Source: a virus. From it: a stretch of DNA of 64,000 bases. The notes beneath the pieces were generated by a model, which was given only the letters and a program-made list of their open reading frames with translations, had not been told where the DNA came from and did not search any database. Below, piece by piece: positions 18,286 through 27,894 of the stretch (position 1 is the stretch's first letter; each line of letters opens with the position of its first letter). Location: positions 1 through 64,000 of IMG/VR virus record IMGVR_UViG_3300035666_000007, one strand, 5' to 3'. A program made the position numbers and the translations under genes.

Positions 18286-18584
18286 TAGTGTGTTCTCCTA
18301 AGAGATCGAGATAGACAGTTCAGCACTTCTAACTGCTCTGAGTTGAGCATTGCCTCCGTAATAGAGTGATCCATGTCCACGTATGCGAAAGGCCGACCGC
18401 GAACATTTCGGAAAGACAGCCACGAAGGTGGGCGAATGATCAGATCGTTACGGCCAAGGTCACTTGCGAGCCGTCGCGGGTAAGACAGGCAACTGTTGCG
18501 CCACACAAACGTCGCGCCCTGTGGAGCCGCAAGCATTTGGCGTGTTGTGCGGCCCGTTTGCCTGTCAGAGTGGTTTGGAATCAT
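18285..18584 (-). CDS. Hypothetical protein
   Basis: 'RQTGRTTRQMLAAP'; flanked by junction motifs B and A. Confidence 0.6.
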   Translation of the reverse strand: MIPNHSDRQTGRTTRQMLAAPQGATFVWRNSCLSYPRRLASDLGRNDLIIRPPSWLSFRNVRGRPFAYVDMDHSITEAMLNSEQLEVLNCLSRSLRRTH

Positions 18585-18587
18585 CTT

Positions 18588-19043
18588 TTAGCCTCCTTCA
18601 CTTGCAGGAATAACTTCTCCCATTTCCATTTCCGTAACAGTGCGGACTTGATGCCTGCGGATAATCAGCTTGTGCGGCCCATCTCTTGAGTAAACAGTCA
18701 GGTAGTGCATACCTTCCTGGCGCACTGCGCTTTGGTCGTTAGCCGATCCACCGGCAACCCATTCGCCGCTGGAATCTTGCAGCTCCCATTCGTAGTGCTC
18801 ATCCGTCTCATCAGCCGCAGCTCCCTTCGCTTCAGCCTGCGACTCAAGCCGCTCCACCACCTCAGGGTGCATGGAGGTATGGCGCTGGAGATAGGTAATC
18901 ATTAGGCGATGAGCCATTCCGGCATCTTCAATTAACTCGCCTCGGTAGTAAAACCCTTGGTCGTCAATGCGAATGACCTCCGAGATGGGTGAATCCCTAA
19001 AAATGATGAAATTATTTGACTGAGGCGGGATGAAATCGGTCAC
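18588..19043 (-). CDS. Two-module hypothetical protein
   Basis: 'EVIRIDDQGFYYRG' and 'YEWELQD...AGGSAND' modules; ends in junction motif B. Confidence 0.55.
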   Translation of the reverse strand: MTDFIPPQSNNFIIFRDSPISEVIRIDDQGFYYRGELIEDAGMAHRLMITYLQRHTSMHPEVVERLESQAEAKGAAADETDEHYEWELQDSSGEWVAGGSANDQSAVRQEGMHYLTVYSRDGPHKLIIRRHQVRTVTEMEMGEVIPASEGG

Positions 19044-19834
19044 GTTTGGAGGGGGATTGGTTGAGTGATCAAGACGAGCAATGCGGAAACGCATGTGGCG
19101 AGCCATTAGTCTACCAGCTAATTTGCAAATTATCCGCATTGCCCCTGCACGCAAGGCCTGGCGTTTGATGGCAAAACCACTGCTTGGAAAGATGCACCTG
19201 TTCTTCGGGGCCGGCAGTCCGAAGGGCTTCGCTGTAATCCAGGTAAAATCCACAAACCACAGCACAATCGTCACAGGCCTTGCCGCGAAGGGGGCGCGGC
19301 TGAATCGGGGTGCGCTGCTGAAGTGACTTCAACATTTCTTCAAGGCCGGAATCGGGATCAGCCAATTGATTAAAGCCCACTGCCAGGGTATGGATTGATT
19401 GGCCTTTTGCGGGTGTCATAAGGATGCTCGAAACAGGGGCTTGATGGCTGCTGGGACGCGGGAGGCAACGTGCATTCATAATGGAACGGTTCCCCTCCAA
19501 CCCAGGTCAGTCGATCGGACAATCCATGGCCGGCAATGGGTCGTCCACAATATTTACAGCGAATGGCTGAGCCTGTTGAAATGGTCATAGCGATGTGATT
19601 AACGATAGTTGTCAAGAGCGAACACGGGCGAGGTATGTAGGTCGCATCCGCCCGTGCTCGATACGCTGGGGGCAAAACCACGAGGCCACCCCGACTGAGG
19701 AGGCGTGCGGTTTTCGGGATGCTGGCACCAGCCGCCATCGCCACGTCCATCAGTTGGACGCAGGAGGCGAATGCAACTTCCGCATGTGGGCTCCCAGTTA
19801 GGATTCCGCCCACCGCTAACTCTATTATTCAAGT

Positions 19835-20296
19835 TCATCGGGCTTCCTTGCTGACAAGGTTGACGCTCTCTAGCTTAGCAGCAATTTGCTCAATCGCATC
19901 ATTATGTTTGTCAGCTCCGCAGTTACATTCATCACCTTCGCTGTCGTTGGCGCAGCCGTCTGGCGATTTCGGGCAGGAATACCAAGGGTCCTCGCATGAA
20001 TAGTGCTGGCGCCTAGCTAGGCGGACAAGTTCGGCTATTAACTCTTTCGCCCCTGGCTCGGGCTGGGCCTGGGTGACTCGCGCCTCTAGCGCCTCGACAT
20101 AGCGACGCACCTCCGTTTCCTCGGGATCACCAACGAAGTCCATGGCGAAGTCAAAGCACTCGGGGCGGGTTAGCGGCACCGGCTCGGGCTGGGATAGGAG
20201 GATGCGCATCTGGCTGATGACGCTCTCCATGTCGCAATCAGCATCCCAGAGTTCAACAGCAATGGCGCACAGGGCGCGGAAGTTAGTTTCGGTCAT
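19835..20296 (-). CDS. Mosaic 'FRALC...QPEP' protein
   Basis: N-terminus like 35365..36054; two QPEP linkers; Cys/His-rich C-terminus. Confidence 0.65.
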   Translation of the reverse strand: MTETNFRALCAIAVELWDADCDMESVISQMRILLSQPEPVPLTRPECFDFAMDFVGDPEETEVRRYVEALEARVTQAQPEPGAKELIAELVRLARRQHYSCEDPWYSCPKSPDGCANDSEGDECNCGADKHNDAIEQIAAKLESVNLVSKEAR

Positions 20297-20308
20297 TAGT
20301 GTGTTCCT

Positions 20309-20518
20309 CTAGTCAAGTGGAGTCAGGGATTGAATCACGAGTTGACTGGCAATACTTGAATCGAAATGCTTCTCCGCAATCTTTTCGCAAAGTTCATGAA
20401 GGAAATTGGGAGATGCGTGAGATGTTTCCATTTCAGTAATCCCACTCAGATAGCGAAGTTCGCCAGGGGCCTTCTGCATAAAGGCACAGTAGAAGTAAAA
20501 GCGCTTAGGATTAAACAT
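20309..20518 (-). CDS. Hypothetical protein; near-duplicate of 16141..16350
   Basis: Very similar 69-aa sequence. Confidence 0.8.
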   Translation of the reverse strand: MFNPKRFYFYCAFMQKAPGELRYLSGITEMETSHASPNFLHELCEKIAEKHFDSSIASQLVIQSLTPLD

Positions 20519-20525
20519 GGATTAA

Positions 20526-20909
20526 TTAGTCTCCTTCACTTGTGGATTGAGGTGCGGCGTTGCCGGTTGCGTTGCACCGCTGACAGTCTCGATAGCGAGT
20601 GCCGTCAGCCTTGCTCCATCCGGCCCAGACCTGTCCGGTTCCTTTGCAGTCCCAGCATTTGCCGGTTTCTGCTTCGTAAGCGGTGGCCCTGGCCTGAAGC
20701 TCAGCCTTGGTGACAATCAGCTTGCGCCCAAGCCCCTTGAATCGAGGCTGGCCCTTGCGCTTTCCTGAGCGATAAACGCCATCAGGAACATCACCTGTGA
20801 CGATTGAATCCCCACCGCAATCCTCCCAGCTGTAAGCCTTCCATCCTTCAATGCCGACCTTTGCCTCGGCTGCTTCCATGCAGTCGCTGATGCTGAACTT
20901 GTTTGGCAT
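20526..20909 (-). CDS. Protein with DnaJ-type CxxCxGxG zinc finger
   Basis: 'CWDCKGTG...CQRCNATG'. Confidence 0.65.
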   Translation of the reverse strand: MPNKFSISDCMEAAEAKVGIEGWKAYSWEDCGGDSIVTGDVPDGVYRSGKRKGQPRFKGLGRKLIVTKAELQARATAYEAETGKCWDCKGTGQVWAGWSKADGTRYRDCQRCNATGNAAPQSTSEGD

Positions 20910-21341
20910 CCTCTAGTCCTCCTGAGTTGTGCTGCTGCCACCATCCAGCTTGGCGGTGAGCACGCTTTTGAGGTCGCCACTGTTATAGTTGCGCCACCAC
21001 TGAGACAGCGCGTAATGCTCGATTGAATTTTCTGGAGCAATGCTGAGCACTCCATCTGCACTAATAGTTGCTTTCATTTGTTTAAGTCTCCTGGTTTGCA
21101 GTTGTGCCACCATCCAGCTCGGCGGCGATGGCGAAAAGTTTGCTCCGAAATGTGCGATTGATCACTTCAACAAAACCTTGAAGCTCTGGGTCGCAAAGAC
21201 CTACGGGCAGCGTTTCTGGTGCCACTCGATCAGCAGCAGCGCAGAGGGCGGCGGCGGCAGCCGAAGGTGCATGACACTGCTCAATGTCCAGCTTTTGCAG
21301 GACTGCATCCAAAACCGCCTACGCGGCTGGCGATAGCGCGC

Positions 21342-21989
21342 TCATCGGTCGGCCTCCTGGCGCAGTCGCTGAGCCCAGTACAGGCCGGAGCTATAATCGC
21401 CTTCCGATTCGATCTGCAACCACGCCGCCACCTCGATGAGCGCGGTAGATCCCACCCGCTCCACCAGCGAGCCGGCGGGGGCTGTTGTGCTGATGCAGAG
21501 CCGCTCATCTTCTGGCAGTGGAACAAACGCCTCGCGGTCGTTCGTCGCGTTGTAGGCGCCAAACACGGCGACCTGATCGAGTGGTGAGCCGGCGGGGGCG
21601 GGTGGGGAATCCTTGACGGTTGGCGTAGCGGACTCGGGTACCTCGTGACGCACTTCGCAACTGCACGACTTAGGGAAGCGGCAGCAGTGTGGGTTGTAAC
21701 CGCCTTCGTAGCAGTCGGGCCAGTTGGCAACGCACTCAGGATTGCGCTCCACCAGCGAGCTGGCGGGGGATGGGAACGCACTCGCGGGAACAACTCCCTG
21801 CAGCTCTCCCGCTTCGTTGTAAGCGCCGTACACGGGGGCACCATCGCGCCTACTGGCAGCCTCCAGCGCTTCGACCCGGGCGCGGAGTTCGAGGAGGCAG
21901 GTAGCAGTCAGCCACGGAATCTTGCCTTTTTCCTGGCAAAGCTCAACGACTTCCCACTGCTCCGGCGTGGCCTTGTGCTGTTCATTCAT
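21342..21989 (-). CDS. Mosaic hypothetical protein with repeated 'PAGSLVER' linker
   Basis: 'HKATPEQW...CLLELRARVEALE', three PA(G/S)S(L/P) repeats. Confidence 0.65.
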   Translation of the reverse strand: MNEQHKATPEQWEVVELCQEKGKIPWLTATCLLELRARVEALEAASRRDGAPVYGAYNEAGELQGVVPASAFPSPASSLVERNPECVANWPDCYEGGYNPHCCRFPKSCSCEVRHEVPESATPTVKDSPPAPAGSPLDQVAVFGAYNATNDREAFVPLPEDERLCISTTAPAGSLVERVGSTALIEVAAWLQIESEGDYSSGLYWAQRLRQEADR

Positions 21990-22289
21990 GGTGCCGTTGT
22001 GCGGGTGGACGATGTGCGGTGGTGATCACAGGCGAACTTCCGCTGCGACCAACGGAACAGAGGAGCCTCCCATGGTGAAGCGCTGACCGCACTCAACTCG
22101 CTCTACGGTCAACCCGGTTTGCTCTTGAAAACGAAAAATAGCCCCTTCAATTTCCTGTTCCAAACATTTTTTGGCATTTTGAGCTTCTTCGAGTTTCATG
22201 GCTTTGGATTGGGGCGAGAAATAAGATACGGTTTTGAGTGGGTCGATGACTGCCAGTGCTGCACTCAAGCAGCAGCATCAAGTCGAGAA

Positions 22290-22695
22290 TCAACTATTGG
22301 CTTGCCTGTTGACAGCGGAAGGTGATGGTCGCAAACCCAAAAGCCACTGCTCATGCGCGGTCAGCTTGGACAGGGCCGTCTCTCGCTGAAATGTCAGCGT
22401 GGCAATTGCCGTCTCCTTCTGGATGCGCTCTTCGTCTGCGGCCTGGTGATCACGCCACCAGATCTGCATGTCCAGGCTGAATTGTGAAACGTCTGCGCCC
22501 TGAAGTGCATTGCAAAGCTCGCCAACCAGCTGGTCGCCAAGTTCGCGGGTTGCCTTGCCGTAAACGCGAGGATGGTAGCCAAAGGCGTAGCGACGCTCAC
22601 ACGGCTTGCCAGCAATTTCGTCCAGCAAGCACGCAACCTTTGACAGCTCGCGCTCTAGAGACGTTGCTTCCAAGTAATCAGAATTGCAAGGCATG
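22290..22695 (-). CDS. Hypothetical protein
   Basis: 'MPCNSDYLE...WWRDHQAAD'. Confidence 0.6.
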
Positions 22696-23088
22696 GTGAT
22701 TGGTCGCAAAATGTGTGGACAAAGCTAGTTATTGCAGGGCGCCGTGCCGACGCGATTGGCGAAGTGATAAAAAGCGGAGGCGCTATCAGTCATTCAACCA
22801 ACCGATAAGTATGCCCATCAATCTCCACCGTTTCAGGTGGCAATTGCGAGCGGCGGGCGGCGCGGAGGTCAGCAATGAGATTCGGTGTTGCGCAGGCGAG
22901 GAATACCCCATGCGACCCTGTGATCAACCAGTGCTCTATTGCGTCGCGCTCCTGATCGGCGCTCCATCGGGCGGTGCGGTCTATCAAAAAGTCTTCGCGG
23001 CTAATGCCACTGTCGCGACATTGCGGGGCTTCTTTTCTCCATTGAGCGCGCAGCTCAGTGGATGGAATGATACTGTGCTGATCGCCCA

Positions 23089-23508
23089 TCAAACACCACC
23101 GATCTTGTTGATCACTTGATACAGGCTTGCCTGCAACTGCGACAGTGGCGCACTCAGGTGTAACTTGATTGCGCCAGCCATGGCGCTCAGCAGGCCGTCT
23201 TTCAAGGCGCCCTCAATCAATAACCTGACTTCATCCGGGTTGGCCGCGATCCATTCGTTAATGGCCTCTTTGACCATCGGATCAACGGCAGCCCTGACCA
23301 GGGTGACGAATGGAGCGGGGCCTTCGCTAACTTTGGAGCCGTAAGAGTTGTACTTGATTTCAGGACTCAGCAGGGATTCCTGAATCACCTTGTCAACCAG
23401 CTGCCTGGCTTCTTCTGCGGTCAGCAGCTCTCCAAGAGATTCCTTGACGCGTTCATACATGCGCTCCTGAAAAGAGGAGGCGGCAGCAATGGAAGTGGAT
23501 TCGGACAT
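23089..23508 (-). CDS. Hypothetical protein
   Basis: 139-aa helical ORF in operon. Confidence 0.6.
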   Translation of the reverse strand: MSESTSIAAASSFQERMYERVKESLGELLTAEEARQLVDKVIQESLLSPEIKYNSYGSKVSEGPAPFVTLVRAAVDPMVKEAINEWIAANPDEVRLLIEGALKDGLLSAMAGAIKLHLSAPLSQLQASLYQVINKIGGV

Positions 23509-24263
23509 GGCTCAAAAGGAACTGATGAGAGATGGAGGGAGGCGTGGCCGATCCGCCAATACCACGAATACAGCGAATCACCACGCCAAAACAGATAATT
23601 CTGCTACTGTATTAAACTGATGTTAATCGATTGATCATGCAGCATCCAAATGCTGTCGCCAACTGCGTCATCAAGAACGTGAAACCTAAGATCGTTTTCG
23701 AGGACGACGTAGTTTCCAATGTAATTGACGACTCTACTTTTTTCGCTTGCGAATGCTTCGTTAATGTAGACAACGTTAACCTGGCATCCGACTGGAGGCC
23801 TGCGGTCGCTCACTTTTCTTTGCCCCCGCTTTCTTGTTCGCCTTTGCCCAACGTCTTGAATAAGTGCATAGCAAAGGCAACATGGGTCATGATTGCATGG
23901 TCGCCAGGCAAGCGACCATAGCTGTCCATCCACCAGTGAATGAATTCACCCTTGGCAATTTCTTCGTTCATGTCAGGCATCTGCAAGGTTGCTTTCTGCG
24001 ACCACGGACCAGCGCTTTGATGCGCGATCGTAGACGATTGCTTTTTTGCGCTTAAGGCTTTTGAGCTGATTTTCGACAACAAAGAAAAAACCAACACTGT
24101 TGCTGCGCGAGTACCTAGTGGAGACGTACAAGAAAATGTCATCCATGTCGCCCAGACCCTCTGAGATGCCTCGAACGATCAACTGATCAATGATTTCTGT
24201 TTTGTGAATAGTATCGGATGGAAGTGTCATGATTGATTTGTGCTGAATTTCGACCGCATGAAA

Positions 24264-24677
24264 CTAGGCGCTTTCGAGAGCTTTTAACTGGGCCTCCAGC
24301 TCTTCCAGGGAAGCGGAGGCGAGGCCATCGCGCTTCTTGTTCTCGATGGCTTCGCGAAGTTGCTCGCGCTCCGCCGAGCGCTCAGCTGCTTTGACCTTTT
24401 CGCTGGCCTCCTCTTGACGAGTAGCGATTACGATTTTAAGAATTTCTAGCATAGCCTTAAGGTCGTCCCGACGGGGATTTTTTGACGTTTCAACAAAGCT
24501 CTCCTCTTCCAGCGATTTTAGTTCGTTGTTTACGGAAATAGCAATGTTGTTAACGCTAAAGCCCGAGCGAGAAACCAGGGGAATCTCCCAGAGCTGCTCA
24601 ACAACAAGGTCGCCGCGATCAGAGGGGAAGCGAAATTTTTTGCGAGTAGCGACAAGAAACAGGTTGACTTCAGACAT
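24264..24677 (-). CDS. Conserved phage coiled-coil protein, adjacent to 24711..26675
   Basis: 'ATRKKFRFPSDRGDLVVEQLWEIPL'. Confidence 0.75.
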   Translation of the reverse strand: MSEVNLFLVATRKKFRFPSDRGDLVVEQLWEIPLVSRSGFSVNNIAISVNNELKSLEEESFVETSKNPRRDDLKAMLEILKIVIATRQEEASEKVKAAERSAEREQLREAIENKKRDGLASASLEELEAQLKALESA

Positions 24678-24710
24678 GGCGGTAAATAAAAGTGTGTTCA
24701 GAGGTGATGA

Positions 24711-26675
24711 TCAGAATTTGATTGTAAACGGCCTTCCGTCTGCAATCACCTTCACGGAGTCAGATTTTGTCGAGGAAAATCCGACACCGGAAAGTTGATT
24801 GTTGGTTGGCTGACACTTGGTTTTGCTGGCAAGAATTTCAAACACTTTTCGATGCGGCTCAAGAGAGCTGATCAGGAACTCGTTGAAAATTCCCCTGGCA
24901 GGTTCTGGGTTCAAGCACCCGTCAAGAATGAAGAAATAATGCTTGTTGCCTGTTTTGCTTGAGTTGTCCCAATGGTTTGGCGAAAGCATCATCATGTTTA
25001 CCCTTGCTGGCCTGCCTGTCCTGATGCCCCACTTGTCAACAGAGATACTACTTTCGCCGGAGACTCCATTAAACGTTTTTACGTCAACCAAGGCGCCGTC
25101 TTTGACGACAAGCGTCAAGCAGTGAACGTTTTGGCCAAAGAGAATAGGGCGATCGTAAGCGAAATTGTAAACTTGCTTTTCAAATTCAACCTGAAGCTGG
25201 AAACCCGTATCCTTTCTTTCTCTTTGTCTATAACTGTTGACAGTAATGCTATACTCACCGTCTGCTATCGATTGCCAGCTCAGATTTTCGACTGGCTCCC
25301 TTGAACTGGCTCCGCCAGCGTTCATATCAACATCAAGAATTCCTAACTTGTTGCGGTAGCTGATATGCTGCCCCGAGGGGTCAACGCAGTGAATGTCAAG
25401 ATCGTCATAATTCGACCAGGCGAGAGAGCAGCGCATTTTTGCGTCAACATTGCCACCCGCTTTTTTTACGCGCTCTTTGACAGAGTCAGCGACATCACCG
25501 TCGTAAGCCCAGCCAAACGCATTGTCCCACTTGAACAACGAGGGCGAACTGGAAACAGCCGGGGCCGTGATGCTGACAAAATTACCGAGATGGCTGGGCT
25601 CAATCACAAGATCGATGGCCTTGCTGCGCATGGCGATAAAATCTTCAATGCCGATTTCAACGCCTGCGGCTTTCGGGCTTGACGGACGAACTTCTTGCAT
25701 TAAAAGATCGGCAATCCCGTCTTTCGTTTTGGCAATGACACTGTTGTCAACGAAAATAATATCATTGACGCTAATGTCTTCCACTGAGGCAAAGCGACGG
25801 TTGATGGAATCCTCAAGATCCAGTCGCTTAAGGGTGTCAACCGCTGAATTGATCATCCCCGGCGTAATCAGCGCCTTGGGGCGCTTGTAGTTACCAGGAG
25901 CAACTTTAGCCTCGAAGCTTTTGACGGCTCTTTCAATATCAACAGAGTTTGCGAGGTCAACAGCAAGCGTTCCGATGACAGTATTCTTGAAACGCGCAGA
26001 GGGGGAGTGAATGTGCTCCCAGGCGAATAGCTCGATTTCGGTCGCCTGCGCGTATTTCCTGAGCAGAGAGCGAAATTCAACGACCGACTTTCGATGCTCC
26101 TCTCCCCTGTAGATAGCCCCGTCGTCGATTAGTGAAACGATTTCGTCGAGGTCAGCAACCCTTAATTCATCCAAGCCCCGCTTGAAAACCGAGTAGGCCC
26201 CGTTAATCCTGCCGATTTCTTCGCCTGGCGACGAATGGACACAGGGGCGAGGCGTATTGCCGTGAAAGTGATGCCAAACAATGTCACTGTTGGCGTCCAG
26301 GTTTTTTTCAACACTAAAGCTTCGCTCTTGAGTGCGAAAAACAGACTGAATTGGGCTGTTGCTGACCAGCTCATCCATCGCTGCAGCAACAACTGAATAG
26401 GTCGGGCACAGGTCGCCAATTTCGCCCCAAACAGTGTAAATTTTTTGATCTTTTATCGCAACAATGCGCCCGAGATTGCGAATGAAACTTTTGCAGCACT
26501 GACAGTCGTGCTCAGTGCGCTCGCGAAAGATTGGATTTGTTCCATCCGGGAAAAAGCTCAAATATGCATCAAAAATATTTGGGCAGTCTACTTTGTAAAA
26601 CTCGGTAAAGTTCTCCGACAGCCACTTTAGCCTGTTGCTGACGGCGGCAGAGAATGGTCTGAAATCTGTTTGCAT
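24711..26675 (-). CDS. Large conserved phage protein of unknown function
   Basis: 'ERTEHDCQCCKSFIR', 'YRGEEH', 'APGNYKRPKA', 'SLAWSNYDDLDIHC', 'LDVDMNAG', 'GNKHYFFIL'. Confidence 0.8.
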   Translation of the reverse strand: MQTDFRPFSAAVSNRLKWLSENFTEFYKVDCPNIFDAYLSFFPDGTNPIFRERTEHDCQCCKSFIRNLGRIVAIKDQKIYTVWGEIGDLCPTYSVVAAAMDELVSNSPIQSVFRTQERSFSVEKNLDANSDIVWHHFHGNTPRPCVHSSPGEEIGRINGAYSVFKRGLDELRVADLDEIVSLIDDGAIYRGEEHRKSVVEFRSLLRKYAQATEIELFAWEHIHSPSARFKNTVIGTLAVDLANSVDIERAVKSFEAKVAPGNYKRPKALITPGMINSAVDTLKRLDLEDSINRRFASVEDISVNDIIFVDNSVIAKTKDGIADLLMQEVRPSSPKAAGVEIGIEDFIAMRSKAIDLVIEPSHLGNFVSITAPAVSSSPSLFKWDNAFGWAYDGDVADSVKERVKKAGGNVDAKMRCSLAWSNYDDLDIHCVDPSGQHISYRNKLGILDVDMNAGGASSREPVENLSWQSIADGEYSITVNSYRQRERKDTGFQLQVEFEKQVYNFAYDRPILFGQNVHCLTLVVKDGALVDVKTFNGVSGESSISVDKWGIRTGRPARVNMMMLSPNHWDNSSKTGNKHYFFILDGCLNPEPARGIFNEFLISSLEPHRKVFEILASKTKCQPTNNQLSGVGFSSTKSDSVKVIADGRPFTIKF

Positions 26676-26716
26676 TTGCAAGGTGTTGATTGGGCGGGGT
26701 CTTTCCCCGTCACCAA

Positions 26717-26745
26717 ATCGTACCACGCGGGACAAACGGTGTCAA
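26717..26745 (-). promoter_or_regulatory. Sigma70 promoter with extended -10
   Basis: TTGACA-N17-TACGAT with TG at -15/-14. Confidence 0.8.
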
Positions 26746-27020
26746 GCCGTCAAAATGAACGAGAAAATTTCAGGGCTCTCACTTGCGCCCAGGTCTCGCC
26801 CTTTTCTTCTTCTCTGCCGACTCTTGCGCCTTTCGGTCCTTTGGCTTGACATAGGGATTCTCAAGGCAGCGCAAAAACGTTTCGGCGTACCCAGGCGGAT
26901 CCAGCTCGTGATGGACGCTGAAAATGGCCGTCCAGTTGGGGGGTCGCGACATCTTCGGGGTCTCCATGCTCGACAGCTTCGCCTCAGGGCAGTATAGTGC
27001 CTATTGGTCCGCAAGCGAAC

Positions 27021-27248
27021 ATGAACACCGAAGCGAAGCCCGTGCGTGTAGGCGGCAAAAAGAAGTCCCCCTTGATCGTGAAGATCAGCCTCGATGAAGC
27101 TACCTCGCTCCGGTTGTTGACTTCCAAGCCGAACAGCATCCCAACCAGTGGCTTCTGCGCAATGATGATCGAATACGGCCTCAAGGCCTGGGAGAGAGTT
27201 GAGCAGGACATGGATGCCGAACTCTGTGCGCCCACTGGAGGGGACTGA
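27021..27248 (+). CDS. Small DNA-binding protein, possibly ribbon-helix-helix
   Basis: 'LIVKISLDEATSLRL...SGFCAMMIEYGL'; isolated plus-strand gene. Confidence 0.45.
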   Translation: MNTEAKPVRVGGKKKSPLIVKISLDEATSLRLLTSKPNSIPTSGFCAMMIEYGLKAWERVEQDMDAELCAPTGGD

Positions 27249-27284
27249 CCTCCGCCCCACCACGCCCCAAGGGGGCCGCCCGGC

Positions 27285-27890
27285 TCAGGCCAGGGGAGCC
27301 AGTGGGGCTTCGTCGGGTTGATCAAAGTGCAGCAGTTCATAGTCATAAATGAAGCGCAGCGTTGCATTCATTTTTTCTATCATTGCTCTTGTTTGTTCAA
27401 TATCAATTCCGGTATCAATAAGATACCTTTTGTTCGCGAAAGCGAAATCAGCAAGATCACGAAAACGCGCAAGCAAATTCGCAACTTTCTTTTTGTTTTT
27501 GCGAAACGAATCAAGATCCATCAAATGGTAGCCTTCTGGTCCTTCAATTTTTAGCGAATCAGAAAGCACAGATTTTTCCATCTGCAAAAACAACCTAGAG
27601 AGACGTATGCAATTTTTCCTAAAATCTCTCTTGTCTTCGTAATTCAAGAACTTGTAACTTTCTCCATCGTAAATCGCAAAAGCGTAAGAGTTTTGCGCAA
27701 AGCCGGAACCACAAGAAAAAAGCTTCCACAATTCACCAGCAATTTTTATTTTATCGCCAATCCGAAGATCGAGCGGGGGAGAGAAAGAGTCGCCAATGAA
27801 GCAATAGATCCTTGTGCTACTCCACCTGCACTTATCATCTTTATTTCTACCGCAAACTGGGCACGGATTTCTGCGAGAAGAGTGCTGCAT
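27285..27890 (-). CDS. Protein with primase-type N-terminal zinc finger; no TOPRIM domain seen
   Basis: 'SSRRNPCPVCGRNKDDKCRW...IYC'; follows helicase. Confidence 0.6.
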   Translation of the reverse strand: MQHSSRRNPCPVCGRNKDDKCRWSSTRIYCFIGDSFSPPLDLRIGDKIKIAGELWKLFSCGSGFAQNSYAFAIYDGESYKFLNYEDKRDFRKNCIRLSRLFLQMEKSVLSDSLKIEGPEGYHLMDLDSFRKNKKKVANLLARFRDLADFAFANKRYLIDTGIDIEQTRAMIEKMNATLRFIYDYELLHFDQPDEAPLAPLA

Positions 27891-27894
27891 TGAT

